Origin: Candidatus Zhuqueibacterota bacterium
GTDB lineage: Bacteria; SM23-31
Reading direction: 5' to 3'
Length of the DNA stretch: 64,000 bases
Assembly (NCBI GenBank): GCA_042564455.1
Contig: JBHPLC010000001.1
Location: 23,172 to 87,171, forward strand
The translations under genes were made by a program, and so were the position numbers. Every line of letters starts with the position of its first letter. Position 1 is the stretch's first letter. Shown here piece by piece: positions 10,546-20,866 of the stretch. The notes below the pieces were generated by a model. It saw only the letters and a program-made list of their open reading frames with translations. It did not search any database and was not told where the DNA came from.

Positions 10546-12660
10546 ATGAAAAAGCTTAGGTCTATGCAAAAATCCTTTATTTCAAGATTAGTGTTACTAA
10601 CCGTCAGCAGTATTTTAGTTTTTGGTTCTCTCGCGTTATACCAAGACAGATGTCTGATCCCTGCTGACATACGGGAAGCCGTATTAAATGAAATATCCGG
10701 CGAGGAACAATTAAGAACAGTAGAAATGCTGGGTATGAACAGAAACCGTCAGGCCGAGGAATATTCAGGTGATCTGTTTGAGACGGAATATATAACTAAA
10801 ATGGCTAAACAGTACGGTTATTCGGATGTGAACGTTGATTATTTCCCATCCGGAGATACCTGGGATGCAGAAGAAGCTGACCTATGGCTGATAGAACCGG
10901 TCAGAAAAAAGATCGCCAGCTTAGAAATGGTGCCTGCGGCTCTTGCATCAGGAAGTAAGTCTGCTGATGTAGAGACTGAAGTAGTATATATCGGCAGAGG
11001 CAGACCACAGGATCTTGCCGGAAAAAATCTTAGTGGGAAGATAGTAATGGGAAGTTCCTCTGTCAGCGGCGCTTTCAATACCGGTGTCCAGCAGGGGGCT
11101 GTCGGAGCATTGGGTACAGGCAGTTCAGGAGTAAATGCTAATACTCCGGGTTATACTCTCGACCAGTTGGGCTGGCAGTCCGTATCTGTCAGGGATGGAC
11201 AGGAAGGATTCGGATTTGTGCTTTCCAAACGCCAGTTTGATGAAATAAGAGGATATCTGGATTCCGGCAGAAGAGTTGTAATGAAAGCCCATGTTAAAAC
11301 CCGGACTTATCCTTACAGAATGAATGTAATGTCTGCCAGGATCCCAGGGACTGATCCGAATGCCAAAGAGCTGGTTTTTGTAGCCCACGCATTTGAAAGG
11401 ATAGCAACGCCCGGAGCAAATGATAACTGCTCAGGTGTAGCATCTACCCTTGAGGCGGGCAGGGCGATAATAAAGCTTATAAACAACGGTGACCTTCCAA
11501 GGCCGAAACGATCTATAAGGTTTTTGTGGGTTCCCGAGATATCAGGTACAAGAAATTATTATTATAAATATCCCGATCTTATGGACAAGATATTAGTCGC
11601 TATGAACTATGATATGTCAGGTCAGGATCTTGAATTGACAGATACTTACCTCAGGATGAAAATGACCCCGGATTCAAGGCCGAGTTACCTTAATGATCTT
11701 ATTGCCGATCTCCTGCGTTATGTTGATCAGACCGATATCAGGACACAATGGGGGAATAACGCTCCGTTCAATTACCGTCTTGTACCTTTTATCAGCGCCA
11801 GTGATCATACTGTATTTTTGAACGGCGGTGTTGCAGCGATGCAGTTCAATCACTGGGCGGATAATTTTTATCACAGCAGTGAGGACAGGGCAAAATACTC
11901 CGATCCTACAGAACTGAAAAGGACTTCTTTTATCGGAGCAGCTGCATTTTACTATCTTGCGAATGCCGGAGAAGAAGAAGCAATGAACTTAGCATGGGAG
12001 TGTGCTGCTAATGGTGACGCATGGATAGCTGAGAGAACTCGGCAGAGCGTAAGGCTTCTGGATACAGATGTTGATAATATCCATGAAAGATATAAAGCTG
12101 CACAAAATAAAGCATACTGGGCGGCTCAGAGAGTAAAAAATACTGTAAAATCTGTTCTTAATATCTCTAATGCTGATAAAGTTGAGTCAATAGTTGATGA
12201 TCTTTCAAATACTGTTGATGAAACACTTTCAGCGAATGAATCAAGGCTGCAGATAGCATATAACAACAAATGTGAAGAATTAGGAGTGAGGCCTCAGAAA
12301 ATTGAACTTAGTGACCGGGAGGAAGAACTCTCAAAAATGGTACCGAGATATTTATATAAATATTATTCACAGGATTACCGTACGAGAAGCGGAAGCGTGA
12401 ATTCAAATATTCCGCAGGGAAGTCCAAGATTGCGCGGATTATCATCATCGGAAGTTCCGAATTTTATTGACGGTGAAAATAGCATTCTTGATATATATAA
12501 CGCTGTAAGAGCCGAATATGGGAATGTCACTACGAATAACAGCGAATGGAAATTCGCCTATGTTGTAACTCCTGAAACAGCAGATATCGAACTTGACGCG
12601 GTAGTCAATTATATTAATGCTTTGGAACAGGCCGGATTGATTGAGATATTAAACAAATAA
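10546..12660 (+). CDS. M28-family zinc peptidase-like protein with PA domain and long C-terminal extension
   Basis: 'GANDNCSGVAS' (M28 GxDDxxSG-like), 'SASDHTVF', a PA-like 'LSGKIVMGSS' and an N-terminal hydrophobic anchor. The start was moved to ATG 10546, which has AGGGAA just upstream. Confidence 0.65.
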   Translation: MKKLRSMQKSFISRLVLLTVSSILVFGSLALYQDRCLIPADIREAVLNEISGEEQLRTVEMLGMNRNRQAEEYSGDLFETEYITKMAKQYGYSDVNVDYFPSGDTWDAEEADLWLIEPVRKKIASLEMVPAALASGSKSADVETEVVYIGRGRPQDLAGKNLSGKIVMGSSSVSGAFNTGVQQGAVGALGTGSSGVNANTPGYTLDQLGWQSVSVRDGQEGFGFVLSKRQFDEIRGYLDSGRRVVMKAHVKTRTYPYRMNVMSARIPGTDPNAKELVFVAHAFERIATPGANDNCSGVASTLEAGRAIIKLINNGDLPRPKRSIRFLWVPEISGTRNYYYKYPDLMDKILVAMNYDMSGQDLELTDTYLRMKMTPDSRPSYLNDLIADLLRYVDQTDIRTQWGNNAPFNYRLVPFISASDHTVFLNGGVAAMQFNHWADNFYHSSEDRAKYSDPTELKRTSFIGAAAFYYLANAGEEEAMNLAWECAANGDAWIAERTRQSVRLLDTDVDNIHERYKAAQNKAYWAAQRVKNTVKSVLNISNADKVESIVDDLSNTVDETLSANESRLQIAYNNKCEELGVRPQKIELSDREEELSKMVPRYLYKYYSQDYRTRSGSVNSNIPQGSPRLRGLSSSEVPNFIDGENSILDIYNAVRAEYGNVTTNNSEWKFAYVVTPETADIELDAVVNYINALEQAGLIEILNK

Positions 12661-12725
12661 TATTTATTAACCGGAATTTTCAGGCTGATTGAACTTTATA
12701 TTATCATAAGCAGGTCAGAATATTC

Positions 12726-12757
12726 AAAAAATGCACTCAAAACGAGTGCATTTTTTA
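12726..12757 (+). terminator. Intrinsic terminator
   Basis: Stem TGCACTC (12732-12738) / GAGTGCA (12744-12750) is flanked by an A-run and followed by TTTTTT (12751-12756). Confidence 0.75.
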
Positions 12758-12857
12758 TTTGCCCTAAAAATAAAAATTAACAGAAACGGAAACTATTTGA
12801 ATTTAGATTAGTATATTAAATAAATAGTACATCATACTTATTTGTTAGGGGAGCAAT

Positions 12858-13970
12858 ATGAGAAAAAGCTATTTTCCGGTCTGCTTTATATTCCTTTCTA
12901 TAATTTTATTTTCCTGTGCTGCTGAAAAAGTTGTTATTGAACAGGATATTCACTTAACAACGGTTGAGCAAAAAACAGACTTTCCGGGTAATGCAAACAA
13001 AATTTGGTTTTCAGAAGCGGATCCAAAAATATTTTATACTGATCCGCATAATGGAAGTTTTTATATTTCAAATAATGAAGGAAGAACCTGGACGAGAAAA
13101 ACTACATCGAAAAAGTTATTTAGAGTTAAAGGAGATGTTAGTAATCCCAAAGTTTTTTACGCTTATGAAAATGGTTGAAAAAATTCTTTTCTCTATAAAT
13201 CCACAGATAGTGGATCAAATTGGACTAATATAAGAGAAGTATGTAAAATTAGAGGCTTGTATTCAGATTATAACACAGTTATTGTCTTTTTTAAAGATAA
13301 GAATGGGTATCTTGAATTATCAAAAAGTATAAATGGAGGTTTGTCATGGGAAGAGAATACATTAGCCGGCAGAAAGGGGGATATTACAAAAATAGTTATA
13401 GATCCTCTTAATAAAACCAATATTTATATATTAGGCTCTTATTCAATAGGATCCAGAAATATCCCAATTATTTATAAAAGTACTGACAAGGGTGAAATAT
13501 GGCATTCAATCCTTGATATAAATACTGAAAGGAAACTTAAAGCATTGAATTTTGCAGATAATGTCTATTTCCGTAATGATTTTCTTGTAATTCAAGAAAA
13601 GAAGACTGAAAATGAACTGTCATTAAGAAATTTTTGTATATTTGATATGGTATTTGATCCGAGTGACAATAAGTCTATTTATGTATCAACATCAGCCGGT
13701 CTAATAAAATCCGCAGATTCAGGGAAGACCTGGCATGCAGTTAACAATTTGCCATTCACAAAGCTGTTTTTATCAGACAAAAAAGTTTTATATGGAGTAC
13801 ATAGCAGAGAAGTAAAAAAATCATACGATTATGGAAAAAACTGGGTAGTGGTTTTTTCTGGTGAAAACACAAGGCTCTTCAGCATTAAATCTTTATCAGG
13901 AAATAACATAACAAACAAACTGTATATATCTACAAGCAATGGATTGAAAATAATTGATTTTGAAAAATGA
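12858..13970 (+). CDS. BNR/Asp-box beta-propeller lipoprotein, single in-frame TGA at 13176-13178 (recoding candidate or pseudogene)
   Basis: Lipobox 'ILFSC'. Track ORFs 12858..13178 and 13257..13970 are in the same frame with only one TGA between them. The intervening codons encode 'KNSFLYKSTDSGSNWTNI' (Asp-box SxDxGxxW). Further Asp boxes follow: KSTDKGEIW, KSADSGKTW, KSYDYGKNW. Confidence 0.6.
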
Positions 13971-13990
13971 AAATCTTCACAGGGGGCAAA

Positions 13991-15088
13991 ATGAAGAATA
14001 AGACTTATGTGTTGTTATGCCTTATGATGACTGTTTTTATTTTTAACTGCAGTACATCAAAGGAATTTGTGGCAAAAGAACTTGATACCGGACAGTGGTT
14101 AAACATTAATGGTCCGATATGGATATTATCGACTTCGGCTGAAAATCCTGAAGTAATGTATGCCTGCAGCGGTAAAAATATTTGCAGATCCGATAATAGG
14201 GGTTTGGATTGGACAAAATTTACAGCTCCAAAAACTTTTGTTGTAATGAGTACAGATATAAAAAACCCTAATGTTGTTTTTGCCGCCCCAGGCGGTTGAG
14301 GCAACACTGATGTTTATAAAACCACAGATGGTGGTTCAGCATGGAAAGCAGTAAAAAGTCTGTGTTATATCAGAGATATCGCTTCTGCCGGTAATAAAGT
14401 GTATGTGGCCTACAGGAATAAAGACAACTCTTTCCCGGCGATAGCGACCAGCAAAGACGGGGGACAATCCTGGAAAGATATAATAATTGGAAAAGCAACG
14501 GGTAATCCGGCTGCGATATACCTTGATCCCAAAAATTCAGAAAATGTATTTGTTGCTGGAAACATCAGGAAGAGCGGCAGAAATGTCGGAGTAATCTACA
14601 AGAGCACCGATGGTGGATTGAATTGGAGAGAAGTATATATTAATGAACTTGATAATGACCAGAGTATAAGTGATCAGTTTCAGTATGGTGATCCGATCAG
14701 AAATATTGTTAATGGACAGTCAGGTGTGGTGTTTTTAAGAACCTTGCCTGTGTCAACCGTACATTATTTTGTTGACATCTGCGTTAATCCGAAAAAACCT
14801 AGTGAAATCTATGCGGCAGCAGGAAACGGATTGTTCATATCAGAGGATTTTGGTGATAACTGGAAAAAGTTTCGCGCTGGAAAGTTCTCAAAAGTATGTG
14901 TATCCGAAGAGGGAGAAGTTTTTGGTTTAATGGACAATAGTGTGATTTACCTGGATAATTCAGGAAGTGAATGGAGAAAAATAAATACCATTAAATCATC
15001 AAATCAATATACAGATTTTATAGTTGATTCAGAGAACAGGAAATTAATTTTAGGTTCCTACGGAGGAATTCAGACAATAAATTATTAA
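13991..15088 (+). CDS. BNR/Asp-box beta-propeller lipoprotein paralog, single in-frame TGA at 14297-14299 (recoding candidate or pseudogene)
   Basis: Lipobox 'IFNCS', with AGGGGG upstream of ATG 13991. Track ORFs 13967..14299 and 14399..15088 share a frame. The intervening codons encode 'GNTDVYKTTDGGSAWKAV'. Further Asp boxes follow: TSKDGGQSW, KSTDGGLNW, ISEDFGDNW. Confidence 0.6.
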
Positions 15089-15099
15089 CCTTCCTTAAA

Positions 15100-15136
15100 A
15101 CCGGTATCTTAAACGGATTTTGTTTAAGATACCGGT
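15100..15136 (+). terminator. Long perfect hairpin (probable terminator) after the BNR gene pair
   Basis: ACCGGTATCTTAAAC (15100-15114) pairs perfectly with GTTTAAGATACCGGT (15122-15136) across a 7-nt loop. The T-run is weak. Confidence 0.55.
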
Positions 15137-15259
15137 CTGCAATCTTTACATTTTTACCAGTCTGAGTGCATTATATTTAAATAAGAGTATTCCCTTGATA
15201 AAATTATTAATTATTGATATATTTTGAATCTAAATATCAGAACGATCAGAAATACTATA

Positions 15260-16552
15260 ATGACAGATATCCAGACATTTAAAAACAGTTATTTTAAGCT
15301 TTTTCCTGCAGAAAAACATACACTGAATAATGGTTTAAAAGTAATACTTATGGAAAACCATGATCTGCCTGTTATAAGTATGTACACTTTTTTTAAGGTA
15401 GGATCACGTAATGAAAGACCGGGAATAACAGGTATTTCTCATCTGTTCGAACACATGATGTTTAACGGTTCACGGAAATATGGACCAAAAGAGTTTGACA
15501 GTATACTTGAATCCGGCGGAGGTCATTCAAATGCATATACTTCCAGGGATGTTACTGTATATTACGAAGATTTTTCATCCAATTTACTCGAAACAGTATT
15601 AGATCTTGAATCTGACAGGATGGGATGGCTGGATCTGACAGTGAAAAATTTAGATCCGGAACGGGAAGTGGTAAAGGAAGAGCGGCGGCTGCGCACTGAT
15701 AATTCAATTATGGGAAGACTGGACGAGGAGTTATATGCTGCGAGTTTCCAGTGCCATCCTTACCGATGGCCAATTATAGGGTGGATGCCGGATATAGAGA
15801 ACATAACTGCTAAAGATTGCAGGGATTATCATAAGAAGTACTACGCTCCCGGAAATGCCGTTCTGGTTTTATCAGGGGATTTTAAGCCGGAGCAGGTTAT
15901 AAAACTAATAGAAAAATATTATGGACAGATCCCGGCAAGAAAGACAACCGAACCACCGAACACCTATGAGCCGGTACAAAAGGGTGAAAAGCGTCTGAGG
16001 TATAAGAAAAATTCCGAACTTGACAACCTTATTATAGGCTATCATGTTCCGGGGATAGGTCATGAAGACCTATGTGCGTTAGATGTACTTCAGACAATCT
16101 TAACAGATGGTGAAAGCTCAGTTTTACATAAATCATTAGTTAGAAAAAAAGCTGCTGTTTTAAGTATATTTTGCGAATTTACCTGGCATATTGATCCGGG
16201 ACTGTTTGAGTTCTATCTTCAAATGAAACCGGGTTTTACATATAAAGACGGTGAAGCATTACTCGAAACTGAATTGAGATTTATTGCAGAGCGGAAAATA
16301 AGTAAGAATACAATGGAAAAGGCAAAAAACATCCTTATAGCTGATTTTATAAAAGCAATGCAGACGAATCATGGACGTGCACATAGATTAGGATTAAACG
16401 AAGTCATTCTGGATGGTTATGAGAAACTGTTTGATCCTTATTTAGAATATTTGAAAGTAGATCAGGATCAGGTTAAAGAAGTTATTAGAAAATATATTCA
16501 TAATGATAATAAAACAATTGTATGGCTTGAGAATGAAAACAACCATTCTTAA
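15260..16552 (+). CDS. M16 (pitrilysin/insulinase) family zinc peptidase, catalytic subunit
   Basis: Inverted zinc motif 'HLFEHMMFNGS' (HxxEH) and the downstream 'EREVVKEE' glutamate region. The start could be TTG 15224 or ATG 15260. Confidence 0.85.
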   Translation: MTDIQTFKNSYFKLFPAEKHTLNNGLKVILMENHDLPVISMYTFFKVGSRNERPGITGISHLFEHMMFNGSRKYGPKEFDSILESGGGHSNAYTSRDVTVYYEDFSSNLLETVLDLESDRMGWLDLTVKNLDPEREVVKEERRLRTDNSIMGRLDEELYAASFQCHPYRWPIIGWMPDIENITAKDCRDYHKKYYAPGNAVLVLSGDFKPEQVIKLIEKYYGQIPARKTTEPPNTYEPVQKGEKRLRYKKNSELDNLIIGYHVPGIGHEDLCALDVLQTILTDGESSVLHKSLVRKKAAVLSIFCEFTWHIDPGLFEFYLQMKPGFTYKDGEALLETELRFIAERKISKNTMEKAKNILIADFIKAMQTNHGRAHRLGLNEVILDGYEKLFDPYLEYLKVDQDQVKEVIRKYIHNDNKTIVWLENENNHS

Positions 16553-16563
16553 CTAATATCGGA

Positions 16564-17871
16564 ATGATACATTTGAAAATACCGGTTTATAAAAAATACG
16601 AGCTCAATGATCAATTGGATGTGGTTCTGTTGGAGGACAGTAAGGTCCCTCTCTTTCATTTTCGTTTGGTTATTTGCTGTGGTTCTGTGCTTGATCCGGA
16701 AGGTAAAGAAGGATTAACAAGAGCAGCTGCAGGTATTATGAAACGGGGAGCAGGAAAATATTCTGCCAATAAATTCTTTGAGGCAGTTGAATTCACAGGA
16801 GGAAGCATCAATGTTCAGACCGGTTATGAAGATGTTATCATATCAGGAGATTTTTTATCCAAAGATATAGAATTCTGTTTAGAGCTGCTGGCTACAATGC
16901 TTTTTGAACCAAAATTCCTGAATTCAGAGATTAATTATTATAAGAAAAGAACAATCAGTCAAATCCAGTCTTTAAAGGATAATCCGTCAGGTTTCTGTAA
17001 TATTGTTCACAAGAAAAATCTGTTTCAGGATAATCCCTATGGAAGACCCATCATAGGTTATGAGAAAACAGTCAGGAATATTAACAGAAAAAATATTACA
17101 GACATGCATCAGAATGTTCTGTTAAAATCAAAATTTATTTTGACATTAGCTGGAGATTTTGAAAATGATAAAATCCTGAGAACTTTAAATTCACTATTTA
17201 CTGCAAAATATGTTACACCTACTGTAAAAATTGATAAATTCAGACCTCCCAAATTATCAGAAAGGAAAATATACATTTTTGACAAACCTGATCAATCTCA
17301 GTCCCAGATAAGGATAGGTAACCTGGGTTTGATAAGAAACTCTCCCAATTTTCATAAATTACAGGTTACTAATACAATATTCGGAGGAAGTTTTACTTCC
17401 AGGCTGATGACAGAAGTGAGAGTAAAGAAAGGTCTGACATACGGAATAAGAAGTCTGGTCAACTCATACAAAAATACAGGTTCAATAAACATATCAACAT
17501 TTACAAAAAACGAAACAGTATCAGAAACTGTCAATATCATATTTAAAGAAATAGAGAAATTGCAAAATAAAAATGTAACTAAAAAAGAGTTGTCAGGAGT
17601 CCAGAAATATATGACCGGACTTTTCCCTCTGTCAATTGAAACGCTAAAAGGTATTTCCGGTCAATTATCTAATATTTATTTTTATGGTCTGCCTAAGAAC
17701 TCTATAGAAAAATACACGGAAAATATCTATTCTGTTACTGATTCAAATGTAAATGATATGGCCGGTAAATATTATTCATCGAAAAATAGTGTAATTACAG
17801 TATTAGGCAGAAAAGATGATATTATAAAAAACCTGGAAAAGATAGGTGATGTTTCAGTAATTGATCAATAG
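16564..17871 (+). CDS. M16 family peptidase-like protein, non-catalytic partner
   Basis: Same fold and length as the upstream gene and 12 nt downstream of it, but no HxxEH motif is visible. Confidence 0.75.
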   Translation: MIHLKIPVYKKYELNDQLDVVLLEDSKVPLFHFRLVICCGSVLDPEGKEGLTRAAAGIMKRGAGKYSANKFFEAVEFTGGSINVQTGYEDVIISGDFLSKDIEFCLELLATMLFEPKFLNSEINYYKKRTISQIQSLKDNPSGFCNIVHKKNLFQDNPYGRPIIGYEKTVRNINRKNITDMHQNVLLKSKFILTLAGDFENDKILRTLNSLFTAKYVTPTVKIDKFRPPKLSERKIYIFDKPDQSQSQIRIGNLGLIRNSPNFHKLQVTNTIFGGSFTSRLMTEVRVKKGLTYGIRSLVNSYKNTGSINISTFTKNETVSETVNIIFKEIEKLQNKNVTKKELSGVQKYMTGLFPLSIETLKGISGQLSNIYFYGLPKNSIEKYTENIYSVTDSNVNDMAGKYYSSKNSVITVLGRKDDIIKNLEKIGDVSVIDQ

Positions 17872-17882
17872 GCTGAATTATT

Positions 17883-18590
17883 ATGAAAACTAATGAAAAT
17901 ATATTGGTGTTATTTGATATTGACGGAACAATATTATCTCCGGGAGCAGGAGCCAGACGGTCTCTTTCACAGGCACTGTTTGAAGTTATCGGGACGGAAA
18001 CAAAAATAAAAGCAGGCGATTGTGCGGGTAAAACCGATCCCGTTATAATATCAAATGTATTAAAAATAGATGGAAATGTTACCGGTGATTTTGAATCGAT
18101 ATTATTTAGAACAAAGTCGAGATACCTGGAATTGCTTGAACAGAATTATAATAAAGATGGAGATGCATTTTTATATACAGGTGTAATGGAGATAATTGAG
18201 AAACTTAATGAAATGAGCGGTGTTTATCTGGCTTTATTGACGGGAAATTTTGAAGAAGGCGCCAGAATAAAACTGTCTCCTTTCGGCTTGAATGAATTGT
18301 TCCCGACAGGAGCTTTTGGCAGTGACGGATTTTTGAGAACAGAACTTACTCCGGTTGCTGTGAAAAGGTCTGAAGAATTATTTAATGTGAAATTTGCACC
18401 GAATAACATAGTTGTAATTGGGGACACTGCTTCGGATATTGAATGTGGAAAAGTAATTAATGCAAGAACTATTGGAATTTCACAGCATTTGAGGAATGAA
18501 GATACTCTGAAAGCTGCGGATCCTGATTTTGTTTTCAGAGGATTTGAAAATACTGATGATGTCTTAAAAGCGATCTTGAATTCAAATTAA
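17883..18590 (+). CDS. HAD-superfamily hydrolase (phosphoglycolate phosphatase-like)
   Basis: Motif I 'VLFDIDGTIL', motif II 'LLTGN' and motif IV 'VVIGDTASDI'. Confidence 0.75.
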   Translation: MKTNENILVLFDIDGTILSPGAGARRSLSQALFEVIGTETKIKAGDCAGKTDPVIISNVLKIDGNVTGDFESILFRTKSRYLELLEQNYNKDGDAFLYTGVMEIIEKLNEMSGVYLALLTGNFEEGARIKLSPFGLNELFPTGAFGSDGFLRTELTPVAVKRSEELFNVKFAPNNIVVIGDTASDIECGKVINARTIGISQHLRNEDTLKAADPDFVFRGFENTDDVLKAILNSN

Positions 18591-18610
18591 AACGGCAGGG
18601 TAAAATCTTT

Positions 18611-20665
18611 ATGATTATTAAGGGGATTAAATTCGGATTTTTTGTAATAACTATTCTTTTATTAAATGTCCATGTTGTTTTTGGACAGTCTAAGTACATA
18701 TGGCCTCTTGCAGATCATGATAAATATGGAAAGTATCTTACTTCTGTGTTTGCTGAGTACAGGGCAGACAGGTTTCATGCCGGAATAGATATAAAAACCA
18801 TACTCGGAAAAGGACACGAAGTAGTTGCTGTAGCTGACGGATTCTTATACCGTGTTCTTGTTTCGCCCTTTGGATACGGAAAAGCCGTATATTTGAAATT
18901 AAATGACGGAAAAATTGTTGTATATGGACACCTGAGAGGTTTTTCTCCGAAAATCCAAAAATTAGTAGAAGAAGAGCAATTATCAAGACAATCATATTCT
19001 ATTGATATCTGGTATAACAAAAATGAAGTTCCGGTTAAACAGGGTGAAATTGTAGGTGTTACCGGACGAACAGGTACCAAACTCCAGCATTTGCATTTTG
19101 AAATAAGAGATAAAAATAATCAGCCGATGAATCCGATACAGTTGGGATTTGAGGCTGTAGATAATTCTCCGCCCCGCCCAACAAAACTTAGTATTCGTCC
19201 AATGAATATCGATTCCAATGTGAATGGTGACTGGAAACCCCAAATTATATACCTGAACAAAGCAGTGGGGAATGTTTTTATTATTGATGATCCGATAGAT
19301 ATCTGGGGTGAAATCGGCTTAAGTATTGATATCTATGACAGAAATGAAAAATACCTTAACAATTACGGTATTAGTAGCCTGAAACTGATTGTAGATGAGA
19401 AAGAAATATTTGCCTCCTTTTACAATTCATACAATTACGATAATAATAAAGAGATTAACCTTGACAGAGATTACAGGCTATTGCGCAGAGATATCGGGAA
19501 ATTCCAGAAATTATTTGTTGATTTCGGAAATACACTGCCATTTTATGGAGACTACAAAACTAATGATGGTATAATTACTACTTCTGTATTTGAAAAAAAT
19601 AGGATACCGTTTGAAATTAATATCACAGATTTTTTTAATAATACTTCAATTGTCAAAGGGAATTTTAATATAAAAAGTTACCAGCAGCAGGTAATTTTTG
19701 AAAGCACAAAAACAGGTATTCAGGAAAAAGATAATATTAACACATCCGGTTTTGTATATTCTGAGGATTATCAGGATGATTATCTAAGGATCAGGTTCAA
19801 TTCTAATACTGACCTTGTACAACTGCCTGAAGTATATTCCATAGATGAGAACAGTACCAAAAGGAACTATATTGTCCATGCAGAAGACTTTAGAAATTTT
19901 GTTACTGCTGCTCCTCTGGATGAAATAGACGATGGATCAACATTTATTAATATGGAAGGATTTTCTTCGAAAGAGAGATTTTCAAATAGAATTCCTGTTC
20001 ACCTTTATAGAATTCCACCTGAAGGGAATAATGTTGTCATATCGGATAATGCGGGAACTGTCTCATTCAGAAAAAACGATGTTTATGAAGACATATGGTT
20101 AAGGATTGCAAAAGAAAAGCCACAAAACGGCAGGGATATTGATGGAATAGTAAGTGATATATTTTACCTGGAACCGAAAGAGGTATTTTTGAGATCAGAT
20201 ATCCTTTTAACCTTGAATTATCCTTCAGAAACCATTAATCCATATAAATTAGGGATTTACGCTCAGGATGATAAAGGGAAATGGCATTTTATTGGAAATG
20301 ATCTGAATCTGAGAGATAATTCTGTCCGGACAGAGATCAGCAGTCTGGAAAAGGTTGCTGTAATAAAAGACACGGAAATACCGGTGATCATGAGATATTC
20401 CCCGGCGGATAATGCTGTATTAACAACAGACAGTCCGGAAATTACCGTATGGTTCGACGATGATCTGGCAGGGATAGAAAATGAAGAGGATATCGAGTTA
20501 TATATTGATGGAATAAAGATGATCGCAGAGTGGGATCCTATTATGAAATTGATAAGATATAAACCAAAGAATGGATTCGAAACAGGCATCCATAGGATTA
20601 GGTTCAGGGTTAGTGACAGGGTGGATAATGTTGCTGAAAAAGAGTGGATGTTTACTGTAAGATAG
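18611..20665 (+). CDS. M23 (LytM) family metallopeptidase with large C-terminal Ig-like region
   Basis: 'FHAGIDIKT', 'YGHL' and 'HLHFEIRDKNNQPMNP'. N-terminal signal/anchor present. Confidence 0.8.
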   Translation: MIIKGIKFGFFVITILLLNVHVVFGQSKYIWPLADHDKYGKYLTSVFAEYRADRFHAGIDIKTILGKGHEVVAVADGFLYRVLVSPFGYGKAVYLKLNDGKIVVYGHLRGFSPKIQKLVEEEQLSRQSYSIDIWYNKNEVPVKQGEIVGVTGRTGTKLQHLHFEIRDKNNQPMNPIQLGFEAVDNSPPRPTKLSIRPMNIDSNVNGDWKPQIIYLNKAVGNVFIIDDPIDIWGEIGLSIDIYDRNEKYLNNYGISSLKLIVDEKEIFASFYNSYNYDNNKEINLDRDYRLLRRDIGKFQKLFVDFGNTLPFYGDYKTNDGIITTSVFEKNRIPFEINITDFFNNTSIVKGNFNIKSYQQQVIFESTKTGIQEKDNINTSGFVYSEDYQDDYLRIRFNSNTDLVQLPEVYSIDENSTKRNYIVHAEDFRNFVTAAPLDEIDDGSTFINMEGFSSKERFSNRIPVHLYRIPPEGNNVVISDNAGTVSFRKNDVYEDIWLRIAKEKPQNGRDIDGIVSDIFYLEPKEVFLRSDILLTLNYPSETINPYKLGIYAQDDKGKWHFIGNDLNLRDNSVRTEISSLEKVAVIKDTEIPVIMRYSPADNAVLTTDSPEITVWFDDDLAGIENEEDIELYIDGIKMIAEWDPIMKLIRYKPKNGFETGIHRIRFRVSDRVDNVAEKEWMFTVR

Positions 20666-20742
20666 AATGAATATAACAATAAAAAACATATAAATATAAC
20701 TTGATATTCTGGAAATATAATATTACCTTTATTACTCTATAT

Positions 20743-20816
<74 letters not shown>

Positions 20817-20827
20817 CAACAATAAAA

Positions 20828-20866
20828 ACAAGGACTTAGAGCTTGAATCTGAGTCCTTGTTGTTTT
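20828..20866 (+). terminator. tRNA terminator hairpin; copy A of a 3-copy conserved element
   Basis: ACAAGGACT (20828-20836) / AGTCCTTGT (20852-20860) with a 15-nt loop TAGAGCTTGAATCTG, followed by a T-rich tract. Related copies occur at 48817 and 58915. Confidence 0.6.

Noticed and set aside
12964-13233. Frameshift explanation for the split BNR gene, using the alternative-frame ORF that bridges the TGA
   Set aside because: The upstream (12858) and downstream (13257) pieces are in the same frame. That frame encodes the Asp-box motif across the gap, whereas the bridging ORF's product (MSKKQTFRVMQTKFGF...) has no repeat features. No frameshift is needed.
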